64,000 nt of DNA from Alkalispirochaeta sp. (GTDB taxonomy: Bacteria; Spirochaetota; Spirochaetia; DSM-27196; Alkalispirochaetaceae): NCBI GenBank assembly GCA_965601925.1, contig OZ271854.1:2944001-3008000 (forward strand), read 5' to 3'. The notes under the pieces are model-generated. The model did not search any database and had not been told where the DNA came from. It saw only the letters and a program-made list of their open reading frames with translations. Shown here in pieces: positions 17,123 to 26,945 of the stretch. The position numbers and the translations under genes were made by a program. The stretch's first letter is position 1, and every line of letters starts with the position of its first letter.

Positions 17123-18646
17123 ATGCACCGGTCCCTACCTTCGCGTCCCAACGCGGAACATCTTCGAAAGCAGGCCAAGGAACTTCTCAGGGCGCTACGT
17201 ATCGATGACGGTGATGCGCTTCATCGCGCGCGAGAGACGCTCCTCCATCTCCCGGAGCGTCCTATGCTCCGCGATGCACAGTCGGTCATCGCGCGGGAGT
17301 ACGGCTTTCCGAGCTGGAAACGACTCATCAGCCACGTAGAACGGGTCACGCTTACCGGCCTCACCGTAGCGCAGAAGGCCGAGCTCTTCTTGAAGCGGCT
17401 CACGGCCGGGGCGCACACACTCGCGCGGCGCATCCTCGATATGGAGCCGCGCGTGGCGACCGCCAACCTCTTTGCCGCTGCGGCCGCCGGTGAGGCAGCG
17501 GTCGTCACGCAATTTCTGATGCGCGATCCGACCGCCGTCCGCGCAACGGCGGGGCCGTGGCGTTGGACGCCTCTCCTCTTTGCGTGTTCCTCACCGTTTC
17601 ATCGGACGGACGCCGTCCGCGCCCGCGGTCTTCTCGAATCGGCACGGCTCCTATTGGCATCGGGCGCCGATCCCAACGCGTCCTACGTTGACCCCGACTG
17701 GCCGGACAGTCCCTTGTCCGCGCTCTTCTGCGCGATACGCATTGGGCGGAATAACGACCTTGTGCGCCTCCTGCTCGATTCGGGCGCTCTGGCGGACGAC
17801 GACGAGTCGTTGTATCACGCCGCGGAGCTCTCCGATCGTACCGCCCTCGCTCTGCTGTTGGATCGCGGTGCGGCGTGGCGCGGAACGAACGTCCTGTTAC
17901 GCGCCCTCGATTTCGAGGACTACGAGCGGGCGAAGCTCCTGTTGGAGCGCGGCGTCGACCCGAACGAGACGACGCCCAACGCTCTCCATCACGCGGTGCT
18001 GCGCGGGCGGCAACCGGCGATCCTGCAGTTATTGATTGACTACGGCGCCGATGTGACAGGACTCGACTCGCAGGGGCGTTCGCTCTATCGAGCCGCCATA
18101 CGATACGGCTCGCGCGATACGCGCCGTTTTCTGAAGGAGCTCGGCCCGGAGGTCTCTCCGCGAGAGGAGGATCTCTTTCTTGCCGCGTGCACGTCCGGGG
18201 ATACCGCCGAGGCGCTGCTCTGGAACGATCGCCGGCCCGGCATCGTCCGTCTCCTGCCGCCCGAGGATGTGGGCCTCATCGCACACGCCGCGTGGGAAGG
18301 GAACGTCGAGGCGGTGCGCACGATGGTTGCGGTGGGCTTTCCCCTCGACGCTCGCGGGGTCGACGGCGGTACGCCGCTGCACTGCGCGAGCCATCGCGGC
18401 CACCACGAGGTGGTGCGGATGCTTCTCGAGCACGGCGCTTCGGTCCTCGATCGAGGCGATGTGCATCGCAATACGCCGCTGGAGTGGGCCGTACACGGCT
18501 CGCTCAACGCCGATACACCGGGCGGCGACTATGCGGGGGTGGTCCGGGCGCTACTGGACGCCGGTTCCCCGGTTCCGAAGCGTGTATACGCCTCACCCGA
18601 CGTCGTCGAGCTCCTTGTGCAGCGCGGCGCTGAGGAGGTGGTGTAG
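17123..18646 (+). CDS. Ankyrin-repeat protein with LPxRPNxEHLRKQAK N-terminal domain
   Basis: TPLLFAC, GADPNA, ALHHAV, GTPLHCA, TPLEWA repeats. N-terminal AQSVIAREYGFPSW. Confidence 0.9.
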   Translation: MHRSLPSRPNAEHLRKQAKELLRALRIDDGDALHRARETLLHLPERPMLRDAQSVIAREYGFPSWKRLISHVERVTLTGLTVAQKAELFLKRLTAGAHTLARRILDMEPRVATANLFAAAAAGEAAVVTQFLMRDPTAVRATAGPWRWTPLLFACSSPFHRTDAVRARGLLESARLLLASGADPNASYVDPDWPDSPLSALFCAIRIGRNNDLVRLLLDSGALADDDESLYHAAELSDRTALALLLDRGAAWRGTNVLLRALDFEDYERAKLLLERGVDPNETTPNALHHAVLRGRQPAILQLLIDYGADVTGLDSQGRSLYRAAIRYGSRDTRRFLKELGPEVSPREEDLFLAACTSGDTAEALLWNDRRPGIVRLLPPEDVGLIAHAAWEGNVEAVRTMVAVGFPLDARGVDGGTPLHCASHRGHHEVVRMLLEHGASVLDRGDVHRNTPLEWAVHGSLNADTPGGDYAGVVRALLDAGSPVPKRVYASPDVVELLVQRGAEEVV

Positions 18647-18686
18647 CGACGATGTTGCGTCGTAGCCGGTGGTGTATTCTATGGGT

Positions 18687-19025
18687 ATGAAGCAATGGCG
18701 ATTCGGTGCGGCCGTATACGATTGTCCCTGCGTATTGACTATCGACCGTCTCCGCGGCCGATGGAAAACCAACATTCTCTGGCATATTTGGACCGGAAAC
18801 AATCGGTTCAACGCCATATGCCGGGCGTTGCCGCACGTCAATCGCGGCGTCATTGCGCGACAGATTCGTTCCATGGAACGCGATGGACTTATCCGCCGCA
18901 CGGTACTGCGGGAAAGGCCGCTGCACGTCGAATACGACCTGACCGCCCTGGGGTGCTCGTTGTCGCCGATCGTCGCGTCTCTCGCCGAATGGGGCGTCTC
19001 TCACGGCGAAACGGTCGCGCGGTGA
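18687..19025 (+). CDS. HxlR-family winged-helix regulator
   Basis: CP..LT..L.GRWK, RFN, MERDGLI.R, VEYDLT..G. Confidence 0.85.
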   Translation: MKQWRFGAAVYDCPCVLTIDRLRGRWKTNILWHIWTGNNRFNAICRALPHVNRGVIARQIRSMERDGLIRRTVLRERPLHVEYDLTALGCSLSPIVASLAEWGVSHGETVAR

Positions 19026-19044
19026 GGCAGACAGGCCACCGATA

Positions 19045-19314
19045 TCAGGACAACGGCGACGTACGCCGCGGCCTCCAGGCCATGTTCATATACACATCCC
19101 CCATGCGCAACTCGTCGAGCATCTGCGCGAGACGCTTCTGCTTCGTCTCAAGTCGCTTGGCGCGACGGATCCAGCTCAAATAGTCGTTTTGTTGATACGC
19201 AGGGCGACGCCGGTACGTGTCCAGGAGCTCCGCCTCGGTAAGGGCATCCCTCACAAACGGCGGCATCGCTTCGACGACTCGTTCTAAACGCGAAAAATCG
19301 GGTTGCGGCATCAT
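19045..19314 (-). CDS. YdeI/OmpD-associated family protein
   Basis: RPAYQQNDYLSWI..AKR.ETK.KR..QMLDEL. Only the 3' part of track ORF 19045..19794 looks real. Confidence 0.85.
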   Translation of the reverse strand: MMPQPDFSRLERVVEAMPPFVRDALTEAELLDTYRRRPAYQQNDYLSWIRRAKRLETKQKRLAQMLDELRMGDVYMNMAWRPRRTSPLS

Positions 19315-19455
19315 ATCCCCCTCAACGGTACACGATAGTTTCGTTTGTGCCGCTTGTACAGAAGTCACATTTCGACAACCGGCGTCGGCATCCCCTCGTC
19401 GGAGCCGAGACGGACGGATCGCGTATCGGTCATCGAGGAGGAGAGAAAAATGGCC

Positions 19456-19491
19456 TTGACAATATTTGCTTAAGCAATTATTAATTATGTA
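19456..19491 (+). promoter_or_regulatory. marR promoter with palindromic operator
   Basis: TTGACA 19456-61, perfect palindrome TTGCTTAAGCAA 19466-77, AT-rich -10 region directly before the ATG. Confidence 0.75.
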
Positions 19492-19983
19492 ATGAACCAT
19501 GAGCGTGTCTTTTACGAGACCGACGATTTGGAAAAGGCGCTGGCGTATCGTATTCATCGCTCGGCGCGCGTGTTGCGACTGCATCTCAGCCGTTTTTTGG
19601 CTCTTCACGGGCTCGATATCAGTCAGGAGCAGTACTTCGTTCTGTTCAAGGTGCGGGCAAAGCCGGGGAGCAGTCAGGTCGATCTGGCCGATGAGGTGCT
19701 CTCCGATCACCCCAACGTGACACGGCTCGTCGATTCTCTGGTGATGCGAGGATATCTCGAGCGAAGAGCCGACCCACGGGACCGGCGACGCCACGCCGTG
19801 TTCCTCACCGACCGCGGCGTCGAGCTGATGAATCGGCTCATACCGGCCGTGGTCGAGGCGCGTCGCGCGCTCTATGACGGAATACCTCCCGCCGACCTCC
19901 GCGTCTTCGTTCGCGTTCTATCGACTATCGAGCGCCACGCGACCAAAAACACCTCCTCTGATAATGGAAAGGAGCGGTCATGA
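19492..19983 (+). CDS. MarR-family transcriptional regulator
   Basis: Q.DLA, VTRLVDSL...GY, DPRDRR, LT..G. Confidence 0.93.
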   Translation: MNHERVFYETDDLEKALAYRIHRSARVLRLHLSRFLALHGLDISQEQYFVLFKVRAKPGSSQVDLADEVLSDHPNVTRLVDSLVMRGYLERRADPRDRRRHAVFLTDRGVELMNRLIPAVVEARRALYDGIPPADLRVFVRVLSTIERHATKNTSSDNGKERS

Positions 19984-20675
19984 ACACGAGCATCGGAATG
20001 GTACGATTTGACGCACCGGCGACGATTCCGGTAGAGCGTCTTCGTATTCGATACGACCGCGAGGCGGTCAGTTGGGACCGCACGCTGGAGCGAATCGGCT
20101 TCCACGAGACGTATCGCCGACTCCTCGCCGGCCAGCGGTGGCCGACGGTTATCGGCCGCGACGTGCGCGTCCTGGATGTGGGGATCGGCACCGGCTCCGC
20201 GTCGGCGGCCCTTGTCGAGGCGATCCGCCGCACGGGAGGAGCCGTCTGGCGCGTCACCGGCGTCGATATCTCGCCGGAAATGTTACGCGTTGCCGCGCGC
20301 AACCTCGCCCGGGAGGACACCCATTTGGACGGCGTCGACGGCTCGGCGGAGTGTCTACCGTTTCCCGACGCGACCTTTGATATCGTCGTTGCCGCCCACG
20401 TCATCGAGCACGTGGCGCGTCCGCTCAGGGCATTGGCCGAGATCGAGCGCGTCTTGCGTCCCGGCGGATGCGCGGTCCTGATGTTGACTCGATGCGGCCC
20501 GGCGACCGTCGGCATCGAGAGACGATGGTCTATTCAGTGTGCGCGGTCGCGTAAGCTGGAGGCGGTGTTGCGCGACTTCGGTATGGGGCCGATACGTACC
20601 GCTTCGTACCCCGGTACATTCATCGGTAATCTTATCAGTTTCTGTCGGATCGCCGAGAAGCCGCCGCGGAGGTAA
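19980..20675 (+). CDS. Class I SAM-dependent methyltransferase
   Basis: VLDVGIGTG, GVDISPEML, LPFPDATFD, RVLRPGG. ATGA overlap with marR. Confidence 0.92.
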   Translation: MNTSIGMVRFDAPATIPVERLRIRYDREAVSWDRTLERIGFHETYRRLLAGQRWPTVIGRDVRVLDVGIGTGSASAALVEAIRRTGGAVWRVTGVDISPEMLRVAARNLAREDTHLDGVDGSAECLPFPDATFDIVVAAHVIEHVARPLRALAEIERVLRPGGCAVLMLTRCGPATVGIERRWSIQCARSRKLEAVLRDFGMGPIRTASYPGTFIGNLISFCRIAEKPPRR

Positions 20676-20679
20676 CGGC

Positions 20680-21198
20680 ATGAAGATGAATCGTCGTACG
20701 CGCCCGCGCTTAGCGATTGCGCTGGCGGTGGGACTCTTCGGAGCGGGGCACGAGGCCGTGGGCGCCAACCCGATCGATGTCGGCGGAATGCACATCGCCT
20801 GGAGCCACGGCAACGGCGCGATCACATTCGACGTAAACGCCCCAACGACCGGCTGGGTCGCCGTCGGGTTTAACGAAACCGACTCGATCGTCGGAGCCGA
20901 CTTGGTATTGATGCGTATCGTCGATGGTAAGGTCGAGGTACAGAATAGCTTCGTCGTCGCTGCGGGCGATTACAGACCGGTGGGTGAGGTTGGGGGCGTC
21001 TCAATCGTCTTGAGTACTGAGGGTGGGCTGTCGGACGGGCGTATCGCGATGCGCGTGGTTCTCGATACGCGCGGCGCGGCGCCGCACCACTACGCGTTGG
21101 GTCCCGGGAGCGAGATCGTTCTGATCGCCGCCTACAGCGTTTCGCCCGATTTCCGGCACCATTCCCGGATGCGACGCCACGTCAGAGTACGGTTGTAA
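20680..21198 (+). CDS. Secreted DOMON-domain protein
   Basis: Signal peptide, APTTGWVAVGFN..GAD, C-terminal HHS. Confidence 0.8.
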   Translation: MKMNRRTRPRLAIALAVGLFGAGHEAVGANPIDVGGMHIAWSHGNGAITFDVNAPTTGWVAVGFNETDSIVGADLVLMRIVDGKVEVQNSFVVAAGDYRPVGEVGGVSIVLSTEGGLSDGRIAMRVVLDTRGAAPHHYALGPGSEIVLIAAYSVSPDFRHHSRMRRHVRVRL

Positions 21199-21222
21199 GG
21201 CCGTCCCGACTCCCCGTTCAGT

Positions 21223-21819
21223 CTACAGCACGACAAACGCGCCCGATGCCGCGGTCACGAGTCCAAGTGTCCACCGCAGCGGCCGTGCAAAGGGTCCTGA
21301 GTTCAACAACCGGCCCAACGCCGATCCGAACATTGCCCACAACGATACGGATATCGGCATGATGATGAGGAATACCGCGGAAACCGTCGCCGCCGTCTCG
21401 ATGTATTGGTCTCCTTCCGCCGTGTACACACTCATCGCCGTGAGTGTCGCGATCCACGCTTTCGGATTCAGATATTGAAACAGGGCACCTTCGATCCAGG
21501 AGATCGGTTTCGTCGGCCCGCCGTCGTCGCCGACCGCCCGTCCTCCAAAGGCGATTCGGTAGGCGAGATAGAGGAGATACGTCACACCGACAACCCGCAG
21601 GACCGTCTGAAGCACCGGGATACCGGTAAATAGGACGCCCAAACCGGCGGCGCTCAAAAAGAGTTGTGTTTGGATTCCGAGAACCATGCCGACGATAGTC
21701 TGTCTCGTACGGTTGAAGCCGAACGTCGCTCCCGACGCCGTAAGGAGCATGTTATTGGGGCCGGGCGTTGCGGTCATAGACAGCGCGAACAAAACGACGG
21801 GAAACACGGTGTTGAGCAT
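21223..21819 (-). CDS. LysE-family exporter
   Basis: TPGPNN, YLLYLAYRIA, FQYLNPKAW. Confidence 0.93.
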   Translation of the reverse strand: MLNTVFPVVLFALSMTATPGPNNMLLTASGATFGFNRTRQTIVGMVLGIQTQLFLSAAGLGVLFTGIPVLQTVLRVVGVTYLLYLAYRIAFGGRAVGDDGGPTKPISWIEGALFQYLNPKAWIATLTAMSVYTAEGDQYIETAATVSAVFLIIMPISVSLWAMFGSALGRLLNSGPFARPLRWTLGLVTAASGAFVVL

Positions 21820-21859
21820 ATCTCCTCCTCCGTCAAGAGCGTATCAAAGACGAAACATG

Positions 21860-21909
21860 CATAACAGATACAAAAATATACGCGCTTGACCATAACAGTT
21901 TTATACTGT
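21860..21909. promoter_or_regulatory. MocR-type operator in the lysE/mocR divergon
   Basis: CATAACAG direct repeat (21860, 21891), ACAGT-N5-ACTGT inverted repeat (21895-21909), TATACT 7 nt before the mocR ATG. Confidence 0.6.
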
Positions 21910-21914
21910 CTCGC

Positions 21915-23351
21915 ATGAGCGAAGCACACCGCGGTCCGATGTACCGACGAATTGCGATGCATATCGAACGCGCTATCGAGGATGGGCGGCTTTCACCGGG
22001 CGATCGTATGCCGTCGTTGCGCCGCATGAGCCTACAGTTCAACTGTTCGGTGTCGACGGTCATCCAAGCGTACGAAGTACTCGAGATGTCGGGCCGGATC
22101 TATCCGGTCGAGCGGTCGGGGTTCTTTGTCGGTACGGTGCGGAAACCGCATGCGGTGGAACATCCGTCGCCGAGAACGACGCCGCCCGGCTCCGAGGTCG
22201 TTCCGCTCTCCACCATCGGCCGGATCGTCGAAGCGAGTAACGATCGATCGATCGTCTCTCTCGGTGCCGGCCTCCCGGCCCCGTCGATGCTACCTCTGAA
22301 GGATATCGTGCGACATACGACTCGTGTCGCAAAGGAGAGACCGTCCGTGCTCCACTCCTACGGCAAGGTAGCCGGTAGCGAAGCTCTACGAACCGAGGTC
22401 GCCAGGCTTCTATCGGAGCGAAACGTCTTTCTTCGCGCCGACGATTTAATCGTTACGAACGGTTGTATCGAAGCGTTGAGTATCGCAATTCAGATCACGA
22501 CACGACCGAGCGACGCGATTGCCGTCGAGGAGCCGGTGTTCCTCGGCATCCTGCAACTCCTTCGCGAGTTGGGGCGGCGCGCCGTTACCATACCCACATC
22601 GCCGTACGACGGCATCAATCTCGATCGGTTGGAGGAGATCGTCCACGGTCGTTCCGTGAAGGCGGTTATCCTGACGGCGATTTTTCAGAATCCGACCGGT
22701 TTCGTCGTGCCGGTACGGAATCGAAAAAGGGCCGTTGAGATATGCGAACAAAGCGGCGTCCCGCTCATCGAGGACGACGTATACGGGGAACTCTCCTTCG
22801 ACGGAGATACCGAGTATCCCCTGAAGAGCTTTGACGGTGCGGGCAATGTGCTCTTCTGTTCCTCCGTGTCCAAGACGCTCGGTCCCGGGAACCGACTCGG
22901 GTGGCTTGCGGCGGGGCGTTATACCGGTGCCGCGCGAGCCCTGAAAGTCGCCACGAGCCTCGGTGAGAGCTCACTCCTGCAGGAGGGACTCGCCGCCTAC
23001 TTTGCGACGGCAAAGTATCGGAAACACATCGCGTCGGTCGGTCGCGTATTGCAACGGCACGCATTTCGGCTGATCGACGCGGTCGAGCGCCATTTCCCGG
23101 AGCCGACGAAGACGACGCGGCCGACCGGCGGCTACTATCTCTGGGTTCAACTTCCCGGTCATGTCGACTCCGTTCGCCTTTTTGAAGATGCGCTGCGCCA
23201 CCGAATCGGCATCGTCCCGGGACCCGCCTTCAGTCGCGACGGCGCTTTTAGAAACTATGTTCGTCTCTCTTTCGGAATGCCCATCGATGAGCGCGTGACC
23301 GAGGCAGTTGCTCAACTGGGTCATCTGTGCGAGCGGCAACTATCGCCGTGA
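21915..23351 (+). CDS. MocR/GabR-family regulator (GntR HTH plus PLP aminotransferase-like domain)
   Basis: MPSLR..S.STV.QAY..LE, FQNPTG, IEDDVY, SVSKTLGPG.RLGW. Confidence 0.95.
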   Translation: MSEAHRGPMYRRIAMHIERAIEDGRLSPGDRMPSLRRMSLQFNCSVSTVIQAYEVLEMSGRIYPVERSGFFVGTVRKPHAVEHPSPRTTPPGSEVVPLSTIGRIVEASNDRSIVSLGAGLPAPSMLPLKDIVRHTTRVAKERPSVLHSYGKVAGSEALRTEVARLLSERNVFLRADDLIVTNGCIEALSIAIQITTRPSDAIAVEEPVFLGILQLLRELGRRAVTIPTSPYDGINLDRLEEIVHGRSVKAVILTAIFQNPTGFVVPVRNRKRAVEICEQSGVPLIEDDVYGELSFDGDTEYPLKSFDGAGNVLFCSSVSKTLGPGNRLGWLAAGRYTGAARALKVATSLGESSLLQEGLAAYFATAKYRKHIASVGRVLQRHAFRLIDAVERHFPEPTKTTRPTGGYYLWVQLPGHVDSVRLFEDALRHRIGIVPGPAFSRDGAFRNYVRLSFGMPIDERVTEAVAQLGHLCERQLSP

Positions 23352-23365
23352 ATCGGTCCCGCGCC

Positions 23366-24019
23366 TTATGTCGATGAATCCTCTTCGAGGTCGACCGCGC
23401 CTTCGTAGGATCCGACGATCGACTCGCCGTCCTCAGTCAGGAGTGTCCACGAGAAGGTATAGCGTCCGGCGGACTCCGCGACCGTTACCGTTCCGCCGGT
23501 GATACGTTGGTACTCCCCGATGTCGGGCGTCCGGACTTCGTCGTACAGTGAGTTGAGTTGCGGGCGAGAGAGATTGGTTCCGACGTAGTCGAACCTGAGC
23601 TCCTGAACCGTAGCGCCGTCAAGCGTTACCGATATTCCTCGAATAATCCGAACCGTGAGGACGTTGCCCGGTGAAGCCGCGCCCGCGGCCGCCGCATCCG
23701 CGGCCACCTCGTACGTTCCCGCCTCAATGGCGGCGTCAGCGGTCGTGTCGTAGAACTCCGCGAGAAAAACCGGGCTAAGCCCACTCTCGTAGCTCGCCGC
23801 ATCGGCGGCGAGCGTCAGATCCGTCTGATAACCCGTGCCGCTTGCACCGAAATAGCCGAACACCATGTATCCGTACACCGCACCGGTGCCCGCACTCCCG
23901 GCTCCCCCCGTCGACTCATCGTCATCGTCCCCGAATAGTGAGCAACCCGCCGCCATTATCACGATCAGGAGCCCGAGCACCGCCGTGCTACGGTTTCGCT
24001 TCATTATGCTTTTCCTCAT
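23366..24019 (-). CDS. Hypothetical lipoprotein
   Basis: Basic N-terminus, hydrophobic core, AAGC lipobox, DDDD/Gly linker, beta-rich mature part. Confidence 0.7.
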   Translation of the reverse strand: MRKSIMKRNRSTAVLGLLIVIMAAGCSLFGDDDDESTGGAGSAGTGAVYGYMVFGYFGASGTGYQTDLTLAADAASYESGLSPVFLAEFYDTTADAAIEAGTYEVAADAAAAGAASPGNVLTVRIIRGISVTLDGATVQELRFDYVGTNLSRPQLNSLYDEVRTPDIGEYQRITGGTVTVAESAGRYTFSWTLLTEDGESIVGSYEGAVDLEEDSST

Positions 24020-24098
24020 GTAACGTTGGATAACGTACCGGCAAGAATAGCAAAATATGGATGATTATGTCTATGAAAACCGGTTCTCGGCGATGTTT

Positions 24099-25058
24099 CT
24101 ATGAACTCATCGAGGCGTAGTCGATATCGACCCAATCGTCTCGGGCGCCGGCCGCGTTAACGTATTCGAGTATGACGGTCGATTTGCGTCCCTCTCGGCC
24201 GTCACACAGCAGAGTCGCACCGCGCAAAAGATGAGCAACCATGTTTTCGACTAAGCCCCAATGGGTCCACGGCAGGGACGACACTCGTATGTGCTTCACC
24301 TCGCCGTCGCGAGTTATCGCGATTCTACCGCCCTTTAGGTCGTCGACGTCCGCAGTGCCCGACGCACCTTCGATCCGTATCGTCTCGGGGAGGCCCGTCT
24401 CCGTCCATTGCTCGCTCATGGTGACCGTCGCACCCTCGGCGGTCTGCAGGTAGAGACGCGGCATCATTTGCTCAAAGCGGTATCCCCCGTCGTCGCGCTT
24501 CGCCTCGCACTTCAGCCGCGCGATGTCTCCCACGAGGAAGTGTACGAGATCGATACGATGGCTCGTGGGAAACTCCGAGTTTACGGACATCGAGCGCACG
24601 GCACCGATCTCACCGGTTTCGATGATCTCCTTTAGCTTTGTTACGGCCGGGTAGCCGCGCCGGTAGTAAGCGACCGCCAGCGTGCGGTGTGCCGTCCTTG
24701 CCGCCTCAATCATGCGGTCGCAATCGACGACCGAGAGAGCCATGGGCTTCTCTACCAAGACGTGTTTTCCCGCCTCAAGGGCGCGGATCGCGTGTTCGGC
24801 GTGTAGGGCGTGGGGAGATGCGACGTATATCGCATCGAGCGAGGGATCTTCGAGCATTGCGTCCAGGTCCGCGACGTAGCGGCCGTGTCCGTGGCGACGC
24901 ACGAAATCCTCGCCGGCGACGCGATCTCTGCGATGGATCGCTCGGAGTGCCGAGCCCGCAACGCGATAGAGCGGGGGGCCGCTCTTGCGCTCACATACGT
25001 CTCCGGCGCCGATCACGCCCCACGATACGATGCCTATCTCATGCGTCCGCGTGTTCAT
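24099..25058 (-). CDS. Gfo/Idh/MocA-family oxidoreductase
   Basis: WGVIGAGDVCERKSGP, YVASP, HVLVEKPMA, VAYYRR. Confidence 0.93.
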   Translation of the reverse strand: MNTRTHEIGIVSWGVIGAGDVCERKSGPPLYRVAGSALRAIHRRDRVAGEDFVRRHGHGRYVADLDAMLEDPSLDAIYVASPHALHAEHAIRALEAGKHVLVEKPMALSVVDCDRMIEAARTAHRTLAVAYYRRGYPAVTKLKEIIETGEIGAVRSMSVNSEFPTSHRIDLVHFLVGDIARLKCEAKRDDGGYRFEQMMPRLYLQTAEGATVTMSEQWTETGLPETIRIEGASGTADVDDLKGGRIAITRDGEVKHIRVSSLPWTHWGLVENMVAHLLRGATLLCDGREGRKSTVILEYVNAAGARDDWVDIDYASMSS

Positions 25059-25135
25059 GCCGTATTGTAGCACAGTTCGGCGTTCTCTATCGATATTGAC
25101 CTATTTCAGAATGGAAATGTAGTATAGTTCAGGTA

Positions 25136-26518
25136 ATGGCGGTCTTTGCATTCATTCAACATCGGCTGGGTCGAACCGACGGCGTCTCCCTCGAGGTAGA
25201 CAAATGGCGCGTCGTTTTGGAGCGTCGCGGGCATACGGTGCATTATATCGCCGGGAACGATGATGTACCGGGCGGACACTGTATCCCTGAGCTGTATCCC
25301 TTTCATCCGGTTACTCAGAAGATCATATACAACGCGACGCGCGCGTTGACCGACTATGAGACGCCGGCGGACCTGATCGTCGAGGTCGAGGAGCACAGCG
25401 CGCGAATACGTCCCCAAATCGAGGAGGCGTTGGACCGCCTATCGGTCGATGTCGTCATTCCCAACAATCTTTTGAGCGTCGGATACAACCTTCCCGGGAT
25501 GCTGGCCCTCTCGCGGGTGATCGACGAGCGCAAGATCCCCACCATTTGCCATAACCACGACTTCTGGTGGGAGGACTCCGGCGAGGTCTATCCCACCTGT
25601 GACGAGGTCATACAGCTGTACCGTCGGCACGCGCCGCCCGACTATCCGTGGATACGTCACGTAACGATCAACCGTATCGGGCAACGAGCGCTCCTGGAGG
25701 AGCGCGGTATATCCTCAACAGTCGTGCCGAACGTCTTCGACTTTTCACAGGCGTCGTGGGAGCGCGACGGATACAACGAGGACTTTCGCGCGCAACTCGG
25801 GATCGGCTCCAACGATATCGTGGCGCTGCAAGCGACGAGGGTGCTCGACCGCAAAGCGATCGAGCTCGCCATCGACGTCGTTGCGACGCTCTCGAAGCCG
25901 GCGTTCCGCGCGCGGCTGGAGGGGAAGCTCTACGACGGTCGAACCTTCGGGCCCGAGGACGATATCGTGCTGATATGCGCCGGCTACGTCGAGGGAATCG
26001 GACTGACCTCCTCGTATCCGTCGCACTTGGCCGCGTACGCCGCCGAATGCGGCGTCCGATTGGTATGGGCGGGCGAACGGGTAAAACACTCCCGCGGGAC
26101 TGCGGACGACGGAGCCAAGATTTACTCCCTGTGGGACAGCTACGTCGCGGCCGATTTCGTAACGTATCCCAGCGTTTGGGAAGGGTGGGGCAATCAGTTC
26201 ATCGAGGCGGTCTTCGCTCGGTTACCGGTGGTGCTGTTCGAGTATCCGGTGTGGCGGAGCGACCTCGCGAACGTCGGGTTCGACGTCGCTTCGTTGGGAG
26301 ATCGAATCGTGGGCCGCGACGCGCGCGGTTTGGTTCGGTGTGATCCCCGTCGACTGGATGAGGCGGCCCGACTGATCGTCGAGTATCTGCGCGATTCCCA
26401 CCGGCGTCGACGCGCGGTAGACACGAACTTCGCACTCGCCCGCGCCGCGTTCTCCTACGAGGCGCTGGCTCGCATGGTTCCGCCGTTGGTCGAGGCCGTC
26501 GGGGTTATCGATGGATAG
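25136..26518 (+). CDS. GT4 glycosyltransferase, mannosylglucosylglycerate synthase (MggS)-like
   Basis: HR.G.TDGVSLE..KW..VL...GH, HNHDFWWE, TRV..RKAIE, TYPSVWEGWGNQFIEA. Confidence 0.8.
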   Translation: MAVFAFIQHRLGRTDGVSLEVDKWRVVLERRGHTVHYIAGNDDVPGGHCIPELYPFHPVTQKIIYNATRALTDYETPADLIVEVEEHSARIRPQIEEALDRLSVDVVIPNNLLSVGYNLPGMLALSRVIDERKIPTICHNHDFWWEDSGEVYPTCDEVIQLYRRHAPPDYPWIRHVTINRIGQRALLEERGISSTVVPNVFDFSQASWERDGYNEDFRAQLGIGSNDIVALQATRVLDRKAIELAIDVVATLSKPAFRARLEGKLYDGRTFGPEDDIVLICAGYVEGIGLTSSYPSHLAAYAAECGVRLVWAGERVKHSRGTADDGAKIYSLWDSYVAADFVTYPSVWEGWGNQFIEAVFARLPVVLFEYPVWRSDLANVGFDVASLGDRIVGRDARGLVRCDPRRLDEAARLIVEYLRDSHRRRRAVDTNFALARAAFSYEALARMVPPLVEAVGVIDG

Positions 26519-26945
26519 AGAGGCGATCGCGAGTGTGCGAGTGCTCGACCCGGTCGAGCCGACCGAGCGATCCTTCGCCCCCTTCGGGCGCGTCCTGGAG
26601 TCGCTCACCCCGGGATTCGTCTCGCTGTTCACCGTATCGAACGCGACCGGTTGGCAGGTGGCCGTCAACACGGTGGTGGAGGACATCGTCGCGTCGGTCC
26701 ATCGCCATCCCGCCACGCACGAATGCTTCGCGCCCCTGACCGGGCGTGTCGTAATGCTTGTCGCACCTGCCGACGATCCCGAGGCGCTCCAGGCGTTCCT
26801 CCTCACCAAGGCGGTGTGTATCTTCCCGGGGGTGTGGCACTCCGCCGTAGCCCCCGTCGGTACCGGGCAGCTGTTTATCTGCGAAGACGCGATTGTTGCC
26901 GGCGAGGAGATTCAGCTCGCGCGTCCGGTGCGGGTGCGGCGGTAG
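26511..26945 (+). CDS. Ureidoglycolate lyase-like cupin
   Basis: SFAPFG, HRHP.THECF.P, PGVWH. Overlaps the GT4 stop. Confidence 0.7.
   Translation: MDREAIASVRVLDPVEPTERSFAPFGRVLESLTPGFVSLFTVSNATGWQVAVNTVVEDIVASVHRHPATHECFAPLTGRVVMLVAPADDPEALQAFLLTKAVCIFPGVWHSAVAPVGTGQLFICEDAIVAGEEIQLARPVRVRR

Noticed and set aside
19315..19794. Upstream part of the 249-aa ORF 19045..19794
   Set aside because: Antisense to marR and its promoter. Only the last 89 aa are YdeI-like and have an SD.
24075..24088. LacI-like palindrome GAAAACCGGTTCTC upstream of the lipoprotein gene
   Set aside because: Single imperfect copy with no LacI-HTH gene in the window. Too weak to call.
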